NCBI GenBank assembly: GCA_046759465.1 | Contig: JBHICH010000003.1 | Coordinates: 2,504 to 66,503 of the forward strand | Source: Nitrososphaerales archaeon | Lineage (GTDB): Archaea > Thermoproteota > Nitrososphaeria > Nitrososphaerales > UBA213 | Reading direction: 5' to 3' | Length of the DNA: 64,000 nt | Shown here: positions 16,825-26,174 of the stretch, in pieces | Layout: the number at the start of each line of letters is the position of its first letter | Numbering within the stretch: the first letter of the stretch is position 1 | Translations under genes and position numbers: made by a program | Notes under the pieces: generated by a model | What the model was told of the DNA's origin: nothing | Seen by the model: the letters and a program-made list of their open reading frames with translations, nothing else | Databases searched by the model: none

Positions 16825-17895
16825 TTACTTTACGGTATCAAACTTCTTCACGCTTGCAATCTTTCTTGCCATGGCAAGTGCAATTATACCACCTAAGAAG
16901 CCGAGGAGTATTGCCGGAATAAAAGTTGATGTCATTACAGTCTGATATGTAGATTGAAACAACGATATACTTGTTATAAATACTTCGACAGGTATGCCAA
17001 TGGATTCTCTAAATGCATGCGTTACCAGCGGAAAGTAAAGTGTGTAGAAGAATGGACCTATTATAGCTCCAGTTATCAATGCCTTGACACTATCAGCAAG
17101 TTTTCTTTTTAGTATATAATCAAGCGCAAACGCAAGTAGAATGTTGATCAAATAGTACGGAAGTGCTGGTGCTATGCCTGGATGCGCCACAATGGTAGTT
17201 GTTGCATTGATAGCCATATATAACGCCATTAGAGTTGTTGCAGGATATGCAATGGGTAGTGTTCTTGCACCTAGCATAATTATCAACGGTCCGATGATTG
17301 GCAGTGTTATGGTAGCAAGCATGGCTGCAAACATCGGATCTAGATTAAAATCATAGTGTTGTCCTTCAGAGAAAGGAAGAGTAAAGAGCATTACCATACC
17401 AACACTTGACATCCACAACGCAGTGAATGAAATCACCGATGCTGACTTGAGCGGGAGTGTGGGTTTCGTTACAGGATTTATTTTTGCTAGGCCAACTACA
17501 CCTGCCAATGCATTTAGTATCATCCCAGATACCAATAGAGCGTGGGGCGGGCTCAGCAAACCGTCAAACCCAAAGTTCGAGTGCCACCAAGAGTCAAAAC
17601 CACCGGAAAATAACTGCAGTGATGAACCTATAACGGCATACTGCAAGAATTTTACCAATCTTGCTTCAAACTTGTGCCTTACCCTTAAGATCACACCTAG
17701 AATTCCCATTGATAGTGACAAAATAACGCCAGCGTATACCACAGAATGTGGAGGGGTGAAGAAAGTTTCAGGCTTTTCCAGCGCATGCCATGTAACATCC
17801 CAGTGACCTCCTCCTATTTGCAAAAAGGCACCCAAACCTATCAGCAGGTAAGCTATCGTTAAAGTCCTAGGCAACTGCAATGTTTGTTCTGTCAA
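16825..17895 (-). CDS. Hypothetical polytopic membrane protein (about 10 TM)
   Basis: Hydrophobicity pattern only. The antisense ORFs in this span look like shadows. Confidence 0.5.
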   Translation of the reverse strand: MTEQTLQLPRTLTIAYLLIGLGAFLQIGGGHWDVTWHALEKPETFFTPPHSVVYAGVILSLSMGILGVILRVRHKFEARLVKFLQYAVIGSSLQLFSGGFDSWWHSNFGFDGLLSPPHALLVSGMILNALAGVVGLAKINPVTKPTLPLKSASVISFTALWMSSVGMVMLFTLPFSEGQHYDFNLDPMFAAMLATITLPIIGPLIIMLGARTLPIAYPATTLMALYMAINATTTIVAHPGIAPALPYYLINILLAFALDYILKRKLADSVKALITGAIIGPFFYTLYFPLVTHAFRESIGIPVEVFITSISLFQSTYQTVMTSTFIPAILLGFLGGIIALAMARKIASVKKFDTVK

Positions 17896-17939
17896 TTATT
17901 GTTATAATGTAGAAATTGTTATTTAAAAACCAACACGTA

Positions 17940-18770
17940 TTAGATCTGCAGCTTTAAGCCAGCATCCTGCGCTATATCGTCCAGTACTCTTCTGTGCGCA
18001 GCTGCTATGAATGACAGCCTAGAATCACCTTCTAGTTCGGAATCAAGATTCTTTCCATCTTCAGAGATCAGTATGCCTCCAGACTCCTTGACTATCAGAT
18101 ATGCAGCAGCCATGTCTGTTATTCTTATCTTTCCTCTTATATCGATGAAGACATCCATCAATCCTCTTGCAAATATGCAGAGTTCCAATGCATTAGAGCC
18201 TAGATGCCTTAAATGATTTGACTTTGACATTATCGGCTTTAACCGCTCGATCTTTTCTTGCTTTACACCTGATATATTCATCCCTACTACATAGTATCTA
18301 CCTTCGTCATGATGTTTTTTAACACGCATTCTGGCACCGTTAAGAAAAGCGCCGTTTCCCTTCGTTGCAGAATAAACATCTCCTCCATAGAGGTCCATTA
18401 CCACACCACATTTTACTGCACTTAATCTGTTCTCATCTGCAAATGCGATTGAGCACGAGTAGAACGGTATACCTCTTAACGCGTTTGTGGTGCCATCAAC
18501 AGCGTCAACTATAATGTAGCTAGATGAGCCTTTTCCGTTGGTTAGATTAACCCTGCCAGCTTCTTCTGCTATAATTGTACAGTTAATACCATGCTCCTTT
18601 ATGGTATTCATTACTATTCGTTCAGCTACAATGTCTATCTTGCGAGAAATGTCTCCTCCTGCACCAACTCCATAGGATTCGTAAGCCTCCTCTCTACCAG
18701 AGAGTTTGCTTACTTCCGATCTTACCTTAGAGCAAGCTTCAATCAAGACTCTTAACATATCATCAGCCAT
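17940..18770 (-). CDS. suhB: Inositol monophosphatase / fructose-1,6-bisphosphatase family protein
   Basis: Metal-binding motifs IIAEEAG and IVDAVDGTTN. The start is trimmed to Met16 (MADDML). Confidence 0.85.
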   Translation of the reverse strand: MADDMLRVLIEACSKVRSEVSKLSGREEAYESYGVGAGGDISRKIDIVAERIVMNTIKEHGINCTIIAEEAGRVNLTNGKGSSSYIIVDAVDGTTNALRGIPFYSCSIAFADENRLSAVKCGVVMDLYGGDVYSATKGNGAFLNGARMRVKKHHDEGRYYVVGMNISGVKQEKIERLKPIMSKSNHLRHLGSNALELCIFARGLMDVFIDIRGKIRITDMAAAYLIVKESGGILISEDGKNLDSELEGDSRLSFIAAAHRRVLDDIAQDAGLKLQI

Positions 18771-18866
18771 AGCGGTCAATGATTGTAGGCATATAATAAA
18801 TTTAATTGTAGGCATTTGAGTGAAAGCAAAAAAAGCATTATATCAAGCACAGATTACATTTTATGT

Positions 18867-19745
18867 ATGAAGCCAAAGACTTCTCCAAAAAGTTCCAAAC
18901 CAGCACTATTTGAAAAGCTGGTTTTCAAAATTGCGAGCAAATGGGTTGCAGGTTACTCGATCAATGATGCGTTAAAGTCAGCAAAGATGGCAAATTCCAA
19001 TGGAATGAACGCGATAATAAACTATCTCGGAGAACATAGGGAGAGTTTGAAGGATATAGAAGCAGGTGTTAAGGAGTACCTAACAATACTTGATGAAATG
19101 GAAAAACTGCAGATAAAAGGCGGTATATCCCCGAAACTAACGCAAATCGGTTTGGAGAAGGATTATGATCTTTCTATAAACAATGCATCAAGAATAATCG
19201 AGCTTGCAAAGCAACTAAACAGGTTCGTCTGGCTTGACATGGAGTCTTCATTGTACCTAAATGATACGATCGAGATCTATCTGAGACTTTTGAATCATTA
19301 CCATAAAGTCGGTCTCGCATTTCAGGCATATCTCAAGAATGCTTCAGATCGCCTTATCCAAATTTTGGTGCACGGGGGAAAGGTCAGGCTTGTAAAAGGG
19401 GCATATAGAGAAGATAGTAACGTAGTTTTCCGTTCGAAGTATACAGTTGACAGAAATTATTCCAAACTCATGCGCTTGCTCTTCCAGCAAGGAAAGGAGT
19501 TTGCTATTGCAACTCATGATCAAAAGTTAATTGAAGAAGCAATAAAGTTGAGCAAGAAGTACCCTAAAAAATTCGAGTTCCAGATGTTAAAGGGTATAAG
19601 AGATGATCTGAAGCCAGCATTGATCAAGCAAGGTTTCTCTCTTAGTGAATATATTCCCTATGGAAAACAAGTGATACCTTATTCTTTTAGAAGGATAAAG
19701 GAGAAGCCTAGCAATATACTACTTCTTGCAAGATCGCTGTTTTAA
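18867..19745 (+). CDS. putA: Proline dehydrogenase
   Basis: TIM-barrel ProDH motifs VRLVKGAY and ATHD. I prefer the ATG start at 18867 over the track's TTG at 18816. Confidence 0.8.
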   Translation: MKPKTSPKSSKPALFEKLVFKIASKWVAGYSINDALKSAKMANSNGMNAIINYLGEHRESLKDIEAGVKEYLTILDEMEKLQIKGGISPKLTQIGLEKDYDLSINNASRIIELAKQLNRFVWLDMESSLYLNDTIEIYLRLLNHYHKVGLAFQAYLKNASDRLIQILVHGGKVRLVKGAYREDSNVVFRSKYTVDRNYSKLMRLLFQQGKEFAIATHDQKLIEEAIKLSKKYPKKFEFQMLKGIRDDLKPALIKQGFSLSEYIPYGKQVIPYSFRRIKEKPSNILLLARSLF

Positions 19746-21310
19746 CTGCAAATAGTTTGGCTCTGCTCTCTCATGAAGATCGTTAAATAATATTCGCTAC
19801 CAGTTCCCTTGCCACTTATACCAGAATATTTCCATCCGACAAATGGTTGGCATCCGACCATTGCACCAGTAGTTGCACTTCTTGCCCTGTTGACATAAAC
19901 AACGCCAGCTTCTATCTTTTCAAGGAATTCGTTTATTTCATTCTGATCATTGCTAAATATTCCCGCGGTCAAGCCATAGTCAACAGAATTGCATAATTTT
20001 ATTGCTTCATTAAAGTCCTTGTAATCGGCAACAGTCAAAATTGGAACGAAGAGTTCGTCTTTGAACATCATATGCTCCTTGGGAAGTTTATCAACAATTG
20101 TTGGTCGAACATAGTATCCATGTTTTAATTCTCCATCGGTAACAACATTCCCACCAACAAGTATCTTGCCATCCTTTCTTGCCACTTCAATATGCTTCTT
20201 GTATTTTTCGTAAGCGCTTTCGTTTATGACTGGACCAATGTATGTATCCTTGTTCAACGGATTTCCAACAACAAGCTCCTTAGTTCGTTTGACCAACCGA
20301 TCAAGAAACTCGTTTCGCAAATTTTCATGCACAAAAGCTCTTGAACATGCACTGCACTTCTGCCCTGAATATCCAAACGCTGCTCGCATTACCCCGTCAA
20401 CAGCCTTGTCAAGATCTGCGTTTTTAGTTACCAAAGCAGGGTTCTTTCCACCCATTTCCGTTATAACTGGTTTTGGCCGCTTTGCATTTGCTTGTTTATA
20501 GATAGACAGACCGACTTCTCTGGAACCTGTGAATACTATACCGTCAACATCATCACTTTCGATCAGAGCATTTCCAACAACGCTCCCTGAACCAGTTACA
20601 AAGTTTATTACACCACTAGGCAGACCAGCCTCTTCAAGTATTTCACAGAACTTGTATGCAGTTAATGGCGTATCACTTGCAGGTTTGAGCACAACCGTAT
20701 TGCCTGTAATTATAGCGCCGGCACACATTCCATCCGTTAGAGCCATTGGAAAGTTAAATGGTGCAATTACTGCCCATACACCATAAGGTTTCATGACACT
20801 CTTGCTCTTTTCATCAGGATATGCGCTTTTGGTTGGCTTGACGAAGCCATTAATCACTTCCATCTGCTCTGCATAGTACCTTACAAAGTCTATCGCTTCG
20901 TCAACATCTCCTACAGATTCGTATCTGTTCTTCCCATTTTCAAACGTGAGTAGAGCAGAAAGTTCATACTTTTTGTTGCTCATTATATCAGCAGCTTTCC
21001 TGAATATTTTAATACGCTGCTTGTAATCTGTCCCACTCCAATGCTTAAACTCATTCTTTGCTGCATCAATAGCAGTTAATGCGTGTCCAGCCTTTCCACT
21101 TTGAAAGTGTGCAACAAAGACCCGCATATCAATTGGGGAAAGAACAGGAAATACACCATCTGCATTTATTCTTTTGCCATCAATTATTATCGAGTAAGTT
21201 TTTCCAAGTTCTTCCTTTACTTTAAGAACAGCATCCTCGTATCTTGCATGAAAATCTTCTTCACCCTTTTGCATTAATGTTTTGAACCATGTGGATTCAT
21301 TTTCAAACAT
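19742..21310 (-). CDS. rocA: 1-pyrroline-5-carboxylate dehydrogenase (aldehyde dehydrogenase family)
   Basis: ALDH motifs EMGGKNP and FGYSGQKCSACSR. It is convergent with the proline dehydrogenase gene, and their 3' ends overlap by 4 nt. Confidence 0.88.
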   Translation of the reverse strand: MFENESTWFKTLMQKGEEDFHARYEDAVLKVKEELGKTYSIIIDGKRINADGVFPVLSPIDMRVFVAHFQSGKAGHALTAIDAAKNEFKHWSGTDYKQRIKIFRKAADIMSNKKYELSALLTFENGKNRYESVGDVDEAIDFVRYYAEQMEVINGFVKPTKSAYPDEKSKSVMKPYGVWAVIAPFNFPMALTDGMCAGAIITGNTVVLKPASDTPLTAYKFCEILEEAGLPSGVINFVTGSGSVVGNALIESDDVDGIVFTGSREVGLSIYKQANAKRPKPVITEMGGKNPALVTKNADLDKAVDGVMRAAFGYSGQKCSACSRAFVHENLRNEFLDRLVKRTKELVVGNPLNKDTYIGPVINESAYEKYKKHIEVARKDGKILVGGNVVTDGELKHGYYVRPTIVDKLPKEHMMFKDELFVPILTVADYKDFNEAIKLCNSVDYGLTAGIFSNDQNEINEFLEKIEAGVVYVNRARSATTGAMVGCQPFVGWKYSGISGKGTGSEYYLTIFMREQSQTICS

Positions 21311-21509
21311 ACGGTATTTTTACCTAGCACTCTTAAAAATCCTTGCAATGTATAGATAATATATTATACCAAATTCATATATCCAAAATGCAAGTGAGTA
21401 ATTATTAAACTAGGGAAGATGGCTCCTGAGTTTTTGAACTAAAAGCAGAGGAAGGGTTTCTAGAGCCTTAGCAAATAAGATAAATAGTGTATGGCAAACT
21501 TAGACTGTA

Positions 21510-22640
21510 ATGAGTAGCAAGGATGAAAATATTTTCTCCAAAAACTCTCTCATGACAACCGAAGCTGGGAAGGAGATTCTGAAACAGGCAGTACTTCACA
21601 GCAAAAGCTACAAGCAATTCCAGCACTACAAGGAAAAGGGTGAAGCAGAGTTTCCTGGATTTCTTAAAAGATTCGTTACTGATTTATATTCCCAAATTAA
21701 AAATGATGATAACCCTGCGTCAACACTTGCTGCTTTTATAGAAGAAGTTGGTGCTAACGAACTCTACTTGGAAACTTCAAAGATAACTGATGTGAAAGCA
21801 AGACTGTTAGATCTTAAGACCCTTACGGGTAGAGTTCGACAGATCTTGAATTCAAACTATGTAAAGATGACCTATCCTGTTTTTCATGCGCTGCTTGATG
21901 GTGCAAATTCTTACCTTAAACTGCAGCTTTCCACCGAATTAAAGGATGAATTGATAGACGGTCATATAATTGCGATAGACCTTAGCGAACCTATGGACAG
22001 GATACTTGACAAGGATGAAGACTTGGAGTATCTGGATGATTACAAACTGATGAATCCTTATATTTTGAATATTGCACGAATGAAGATCAGCAAAGCTGGC
22101 AATGCTGTTTTGAAATCCTTTGAGCAAGGTTTCAAAGATGCGGTAGTTGGACAGTATGTTGATTACAAACTCAAGTTGGAGCCATCATCCATAACAGACG
22201 AAAAGATGATCGAATGCTACAAAAAGTATAGAGCAGTAATGGGCACGGCAGGAAAGAATATGGCATTGAGCAAGGAACCACTTGCTGAAATATTCTATCT
22301 TGGGATGGCAAGAGCTGGAGAATCTGTTGGATGTGGTAATGAGATCGAAGATTCTTTGAAAAACAGTTTCATTAAAGTTCCTTCCTGGCCTCTCTACTAT
22401 GCTATCAATACGAATGATGTCAAAAAGGCGTTTGAACTTACAATGAGGAAGAGTGATTTGTATCTGGAAGATGCTAGCGTTGCTTTGGAAATGCTTCCCG
22501 ATGACTTTGAAACAAAACCGTTCCTAGACTTGTTGTTTTTGACCGTCAGACACTACACTCAGTTCTGGTACAATGAATTGAACGAAGCAAATCCCTTTGA
22601 TAGTTTCGAGAAGAAGTTAAGTGCGATTGTAAAGAATTAA
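21510..22640 (+). CDS. Hypothetical protein (376 aa), no recognisable domain
   Basis: A long, clean ORF with normal composition. I recognised no motif. Confidence 0.5.
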   Translation: MSSKDENIFSKNSLMTTEAGKEILKQAVLHSKSYKQFQHYKEKGEAEFPGFLKRFVTDLYSQIKNDDNPASTLAAFIEEVGANELYLETSKITDVKARLLDLKTLTGRVRQILNSNYVKMTYPVFHALLDGANSYLKLQLSTELKDELIDGHIIAIDLSEPMDRILDKDEDLEYLDDYKLMNPYILNIARMKISKAGNAVLKSFEQGFKDAVVGQYVDYKLKLEPSSITDEKMIECYKKYRAVMGTAGKNMALSKEPLAEIFYLGMARAGESVGCGNEIEDSLKNSFIKVPSWPLYYAINTNDVKKAFELTMRKSDLYLEDASVALEMLPDDFETKPFLDLLFLTVRHYTQFWYNELNEANPFDSFEKKLSAIVKN

Positions 22641-22721
22641 CCAACAGTTTTTGATGCAAATATTTCTTTAATGCTTTTATGATCGATTAGGTAACAGCTG
22701 ATTGTAACAGGTGCTGATAAT

Positions 22722-23963
22722 ATGATGTGGTCAGAAAAGTACAGACCTCAAAGTGTGAAGGAGATGGTGGGTAATGAGGAGTCTAGGATAACTTTTCTTG
22801 AATGGTTTGCAAACTGGAAGAATGGTAGCAAGCCAGTTCTTCTTGTTGGCCCTCCTGGAATCGGAAAAACGACGCTTGTAAAGGCAGCAGCAAAAGAGTT
22901 TGGATATGATATGGTTGAGCTGAATGCCAGCGATGTTAGAACGAAGGAAAAGTTGCGATCTATTATACCACCACTGCTTAACAATGCAAGTGTTCTTGGC
23001 AAAAATGTGTTACTCTTTCTTGACGAAGTTGATGGCATAAGCAGTAGAGGCGATCGTGGAGGATTTCCGGCATTACTTACATTACTGAAAAGTCCAACAG
23101 TGCCTATAATCATGGCGGCAAATGCAGAAGTCGGAGAGCACATTAAGGAACTGAAAAGAGTTGTCACTGTAATCAAGTTCAAGCACATTCCTCCAAGGTT
23201 ACTCATTCTTTACTTGGATCATATTTTGAAGATCGAAAATGCCAAATTAAGTATGGGTGACAAGTTTAGGCTTGTAGGAGTTAGTTTGGGAGATGTTAGA
23301 ACACTACTCAATGAGGCGCAGTCACTTGCAACAGCTGGATTTTCAGAAAGTCAGCAGCCAGTAAACTTTTCTATTGAGATCGACAAAGCAATTGCCGGTT
23401 TCTTCTCTGCCGATGAACTTGAGAACGCCCTAGACAAACTTATTCGCAGCGAAGGTTTCTACAACGACCCAAGGTTTGCCGGCTACGATACAGAAAAGAG
23501 GAGAACTGACAAACTTGCAGCACTGTTTTCAAGCATAGTCACAAGCAAGGTCGATGTTGACGAGATGGCTGAAATGCTAGGCGTATTGGCATACGCAGAC
23601 GTTTTGGTTGGAAGAATGGGCAGAACAAGGCAGTGGAGGCTTTTGCGATACATAGACAGAATACTTTCGTACAAGTTGTTCAAGGAAAGTAGAGGTTTAA
23701 CATACAACCAGTACGACGTGCCTTTTGTGCTTATGAACAGGGTCTTCAGGGAAGCCAGACTTATCAGACAATTCATAGCAAGCTTGGCTAAACATTTGCA
23801 CGCATCAAAGCGCGTAGTTGCAACGTACTATCTACCCTACCTTTTCTTAATACTTGCCAAATCAAAGATCGATGTTAAAGAATTTCTGGAGAAAAATAAC
23901 ATAGATTCATTAATTGAGGAAGTCATCAGGAGCGAAATGGGCAAGGTGGGAAAGAAGAAATGA
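22722..23963 (+). CDS. rfcL: Replication factor C large subunit
   Basis: WSEKYRP N-terminus, Walker A GPPGIGKTT and Walker B LFLDEVDG. Confidence 0.88.
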   Translation: MMWSEKYRPQSVKEMVGNEESRITFLEWFANWKNGSKPVLLVGPPGIGKTTLVKAAAKEFGYDMVELNASDVRTKEKLRSIIPPLLNNASVLGKNVLLFLDEVDGISSRGDRGGFPALLTLLKSPTVPIIMAANAEVGEHIKELKRVVTVIKFKHIPPRLLILYLDHILKIENAKLSMGDKFRLVGVSLGDVRTLLNEAQSLATAGFSESQQPVNFSIEIDKAIAGFFSADELENALDKLIRSEGFYNDPRFAGYDTEKRRTDKLAALFSSIVTSKVDVDEMAEMLGVLAYADVLVGRMGRTRQWRLLRYIDRILSYKLFKESRGLTYNQYDVPFVLMNRVFREARLIRQFIASLAKHLHASKRVVATYYLPYLFLILAKSKIDVKEFLEKNNIDSLIEEVIRSEMGKVGKKK

Positions 23964-24334
23964 TCAAGATCTTGCTTGGAAGCTGGTTCAATCTGCCAAG
24001 AGTTGGTCCTGATGTATTTTCAAAATTGATGAGGTATGCAAAGCTAAAGTATGACAGGGAGAAACGCATGTTCCTTGTACAACCAGAAACTGATCTAGCG
24101 GCTCTTACCGGAATTCTAAAGGAAGCGCTGAAGGGTGATGTAATCATCGAACTTCCTTGCTTTGTGTGTAGCAAAAGTGCTGGCTGTTCCGAATGCGAGT
24201 TTGTGGATGTCTGTGACCGAACGATTGTATCCAGTCATTGTGTATGCAAAGGTTGTTTTGAAAAAAAGGATGCGTATAAGGACTACTGTGATGCCTTTGA
24301 AGAAAGGCTGGCAGCAGCAAAAGTTAAAATTTGA
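23960..24334 (+). CDS. Cys-rich hypothetical protein translationally coupled to rfcL
   Basis: ATGA start/stop overlap with rfcL. Eight Cys are arranged as CFVC-x5-CSEC-x5-C ... CVCKGC. Confidence 0.55.
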   Translation: MIKILLGSWFNLPRVGPDVFSKLMRYAKLKYDREKRMFLVQPETDLAALTGILKEALKGDVIIELPCFVCSKSAGCSECEFVDVCDRTIVSSHCVCKGCFEKKDAYKDYCDAFEERLAAAKVKI

Positions 24335-24347
24335 TCCCATTGCAGGT

Positions 24348-24560
24348 ATGCATATGGCTACGTTATACGAAGACAACGTTACGCGATTACTTGATGAAAA
24401 GAAAAAGAAGCTTGAAGAACTGAAGCAGAACTCCCGTGCAGAACGATATGAGATCGAAAAACTCGAAGAGGAGATAAGAATACTAACAATGCTATACGAG
24501 AACTATTCAAGCGGTATGGGTGCGTTCAGAAGGGTAAAAGGTGCTAGGGACCACCGCTGA
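24348..24560 (+). CDS. Small coiled-coil hypothetical protein (70 aa)
   Basis: An internal ATG of track ORF 24162..24560, lying after the Cys-rich gene ends. The sequence is heptad-rich (LLDEKKKKLEELKQNSRAERYEIEKLEEEIRIL). Confidence 0.3.
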   Translation: MHMATLYEDNVTRLLDEKKKKLEELKQNSRAERYEIEKLEEEIRILTMLYENYSSGMGAFRRVKGARDHR

Positions 24561-24620
24561 CAAATTATTTTGGGATAGACTACATGTGATTTATATATCT
24601 CTTGGGAAGATTTTATTTCT

Positions 24621-26174
24621 ATGACTATGCATGAAGATAAAATCAAAAAGCTATCACAAGTAGACAAGAGTGCAGAGGATGGCGGGGGAGAAGATAAGAT
24701 CAAAGCCCAGCATGCGAAGGGAAAGCTTACCGCTAGAGAAAGAATTGCCTTATTGCTCGATGTGGGCACATTTTTTGAGCTAGACAAGCTAGTGACAAGT
24801 AGATCAACCGACTTTGGAATGGATCAAAAGAAGTTTTATGGTGATGGTGTTATAACAGGATACGGTAATATCCATGGCAGGCAGGTATTCCTATTTTCCT
24901 ACGACTTTACAGTCTTTGGTGGCTCCTTGGGTGAAATGACTGGGGAAAAGATTTCAAAAGTAATGGATCACGGCATGAAGGTTGGATGCCCTATAATTGG
25001 AATAATTGATTCTGGAGGGGCAAGGATTCAAGAAGGAGTTTTGAGCCTTGCTGCGTATGGTGATATATTTTATAGAAATACCTTAGCCTCTGGAGTAGTA
25101 CCTCAGATCACTATAAGCGTTGGGCCATGTGCTGGTGGAGCTGTGTATTCTCCAGCAATAACAGATTTTGTTATCATGGTTGATAAGATAAGCCAGATGT
25201 TCGTAACTGGACCAGACGTAGTGAAGGCAGCATTGGGTGAAGATGTTACTTTCGAAGAATTAGGTGGTCCATATACACACGGAAGGTTTAGTGGGGTAGC
25301 ACACTTCACACCTAGAGATGAATATGATTGCATGGAAATTGTGAAGAAACTTTTGTCCTACCTGCCTCAAAATAATGCCGAAGAGCCACCTATAGTTGAA
25401 ACCAACGACGATCCAAACCGAACCGATACCAGTTTGGTGAATGTGGTACCAGAAAATCCGTATGAACCTTACGATATCAAGAAGATATTGACATCGATTT
25501 TGGACAATAATGAGTTATTTGAAGTTCACGAGCTATGGGCTCCAAACGCAGTTGTTGGTTTTAGTAGATTAAAAGGTAGATCGGTTGGTATCATCGCAAA
25601 TCAACCACTTAACCTTGCTGGTGCATTAGACATTGATTCATCAAACAAGATCGCACGGTTCATAAGAACTTGTGATTGCTTTAATATTCCTCTAATAACC
25701 TTTGTAGATACTCCTGGGTACCTCCCTGGTTTAGAGCAAGAGCAAGGAGGAATAATAAGACATGGTAGTAAGGTACTATTTGCTTACAGTGAGGCAACTG
25801 TACCAAAAATAACCGTAATAATTGGCAAGGCTTATGGAGGGGCTTATATTGCTATGTGTAGCAAGCACATGCGCGCAGATATCAACTATGCTTGGCCAAC
25901 TGCTGAGATAGCAGTTCTGGGTCCTGATGCAGCGATTAACATAATATTTCGTAAAGAGCTTGCTGAATCGAAGGATCCGGAGACTGTGAGAGAGAGAATC
26001 ATCAGAGAGTATAGAGAAAAATTTGCAAATCCCTATGTCGCTGCAGAAAAGGGAATACTTGATGCTGTTATTGATCCAATAGAAACTAGACCAATGCTGA
26101 TAAGAGCACTTGAATCAATGACAAACAAAAGAGAATCAAGGCCACCAAAGAAGCACGGAAACATGAATCTTTGA
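24621..26174 (+). CDS. pccB: Acetyl-/propionyl-CoA carboxylase carboxyltransferase subunit
   Basis: A full-length (517 aa) carboxyltransferase with the GGARIQEG motif and two crotonase-like halves. Confidence 0.93.
   Translation: MTMHEDKIKKLSQVDKSAEDGGGEDKIKAQHAKGKLTARERIALLLDVGTFFELDKLVTSRSTDFGMDQKKFYGDGVITGYGNIHGRQVFLFSYDFTVFGGSLGEMTGEKISKVMDHGMKVGCPIIGIIDSGGARIQEGVLSLAAYGDIFYRNTLASGVVPQITISVGPCAGGAVYSPAITDFVIMVDKISQMFVTGPDVVKAALGEDVTFEELGGPYTHGRFSGVAHFTPRDEYDCMEIVKKLLSYLPQNNAEEPPIVETNDDPNRTDTSLVNVVPENPYEPYDIKKILTSILDNNELFEVHELWAPNAVVGFSRLKGRSVGIIANQPLNLAGALDIDSSNKIARFIRTCDCFNIPLITFVDTPGYLPGLEQEQGGIIRHGSKVLFAYSEATVPKITVIIGKAYGGAYIAMCSKHMRADINYAWPTAEIAVLGPDAAINIIFRKELAESKDPETVRERIIREYREKFANPYVAAEKGILDAVIDPIETRPMLIRALESMTNKRESRPPKKHGNMNL

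Noticed and set aside
24162-24347. The upstream part of track ORF 24162..24560.
   Set aside because: It overlaps the Cys-rich ORF that is coupled to rfcL, in another frame. Only the portion after ATG 24348 is non-overlapping and plausibly coding.
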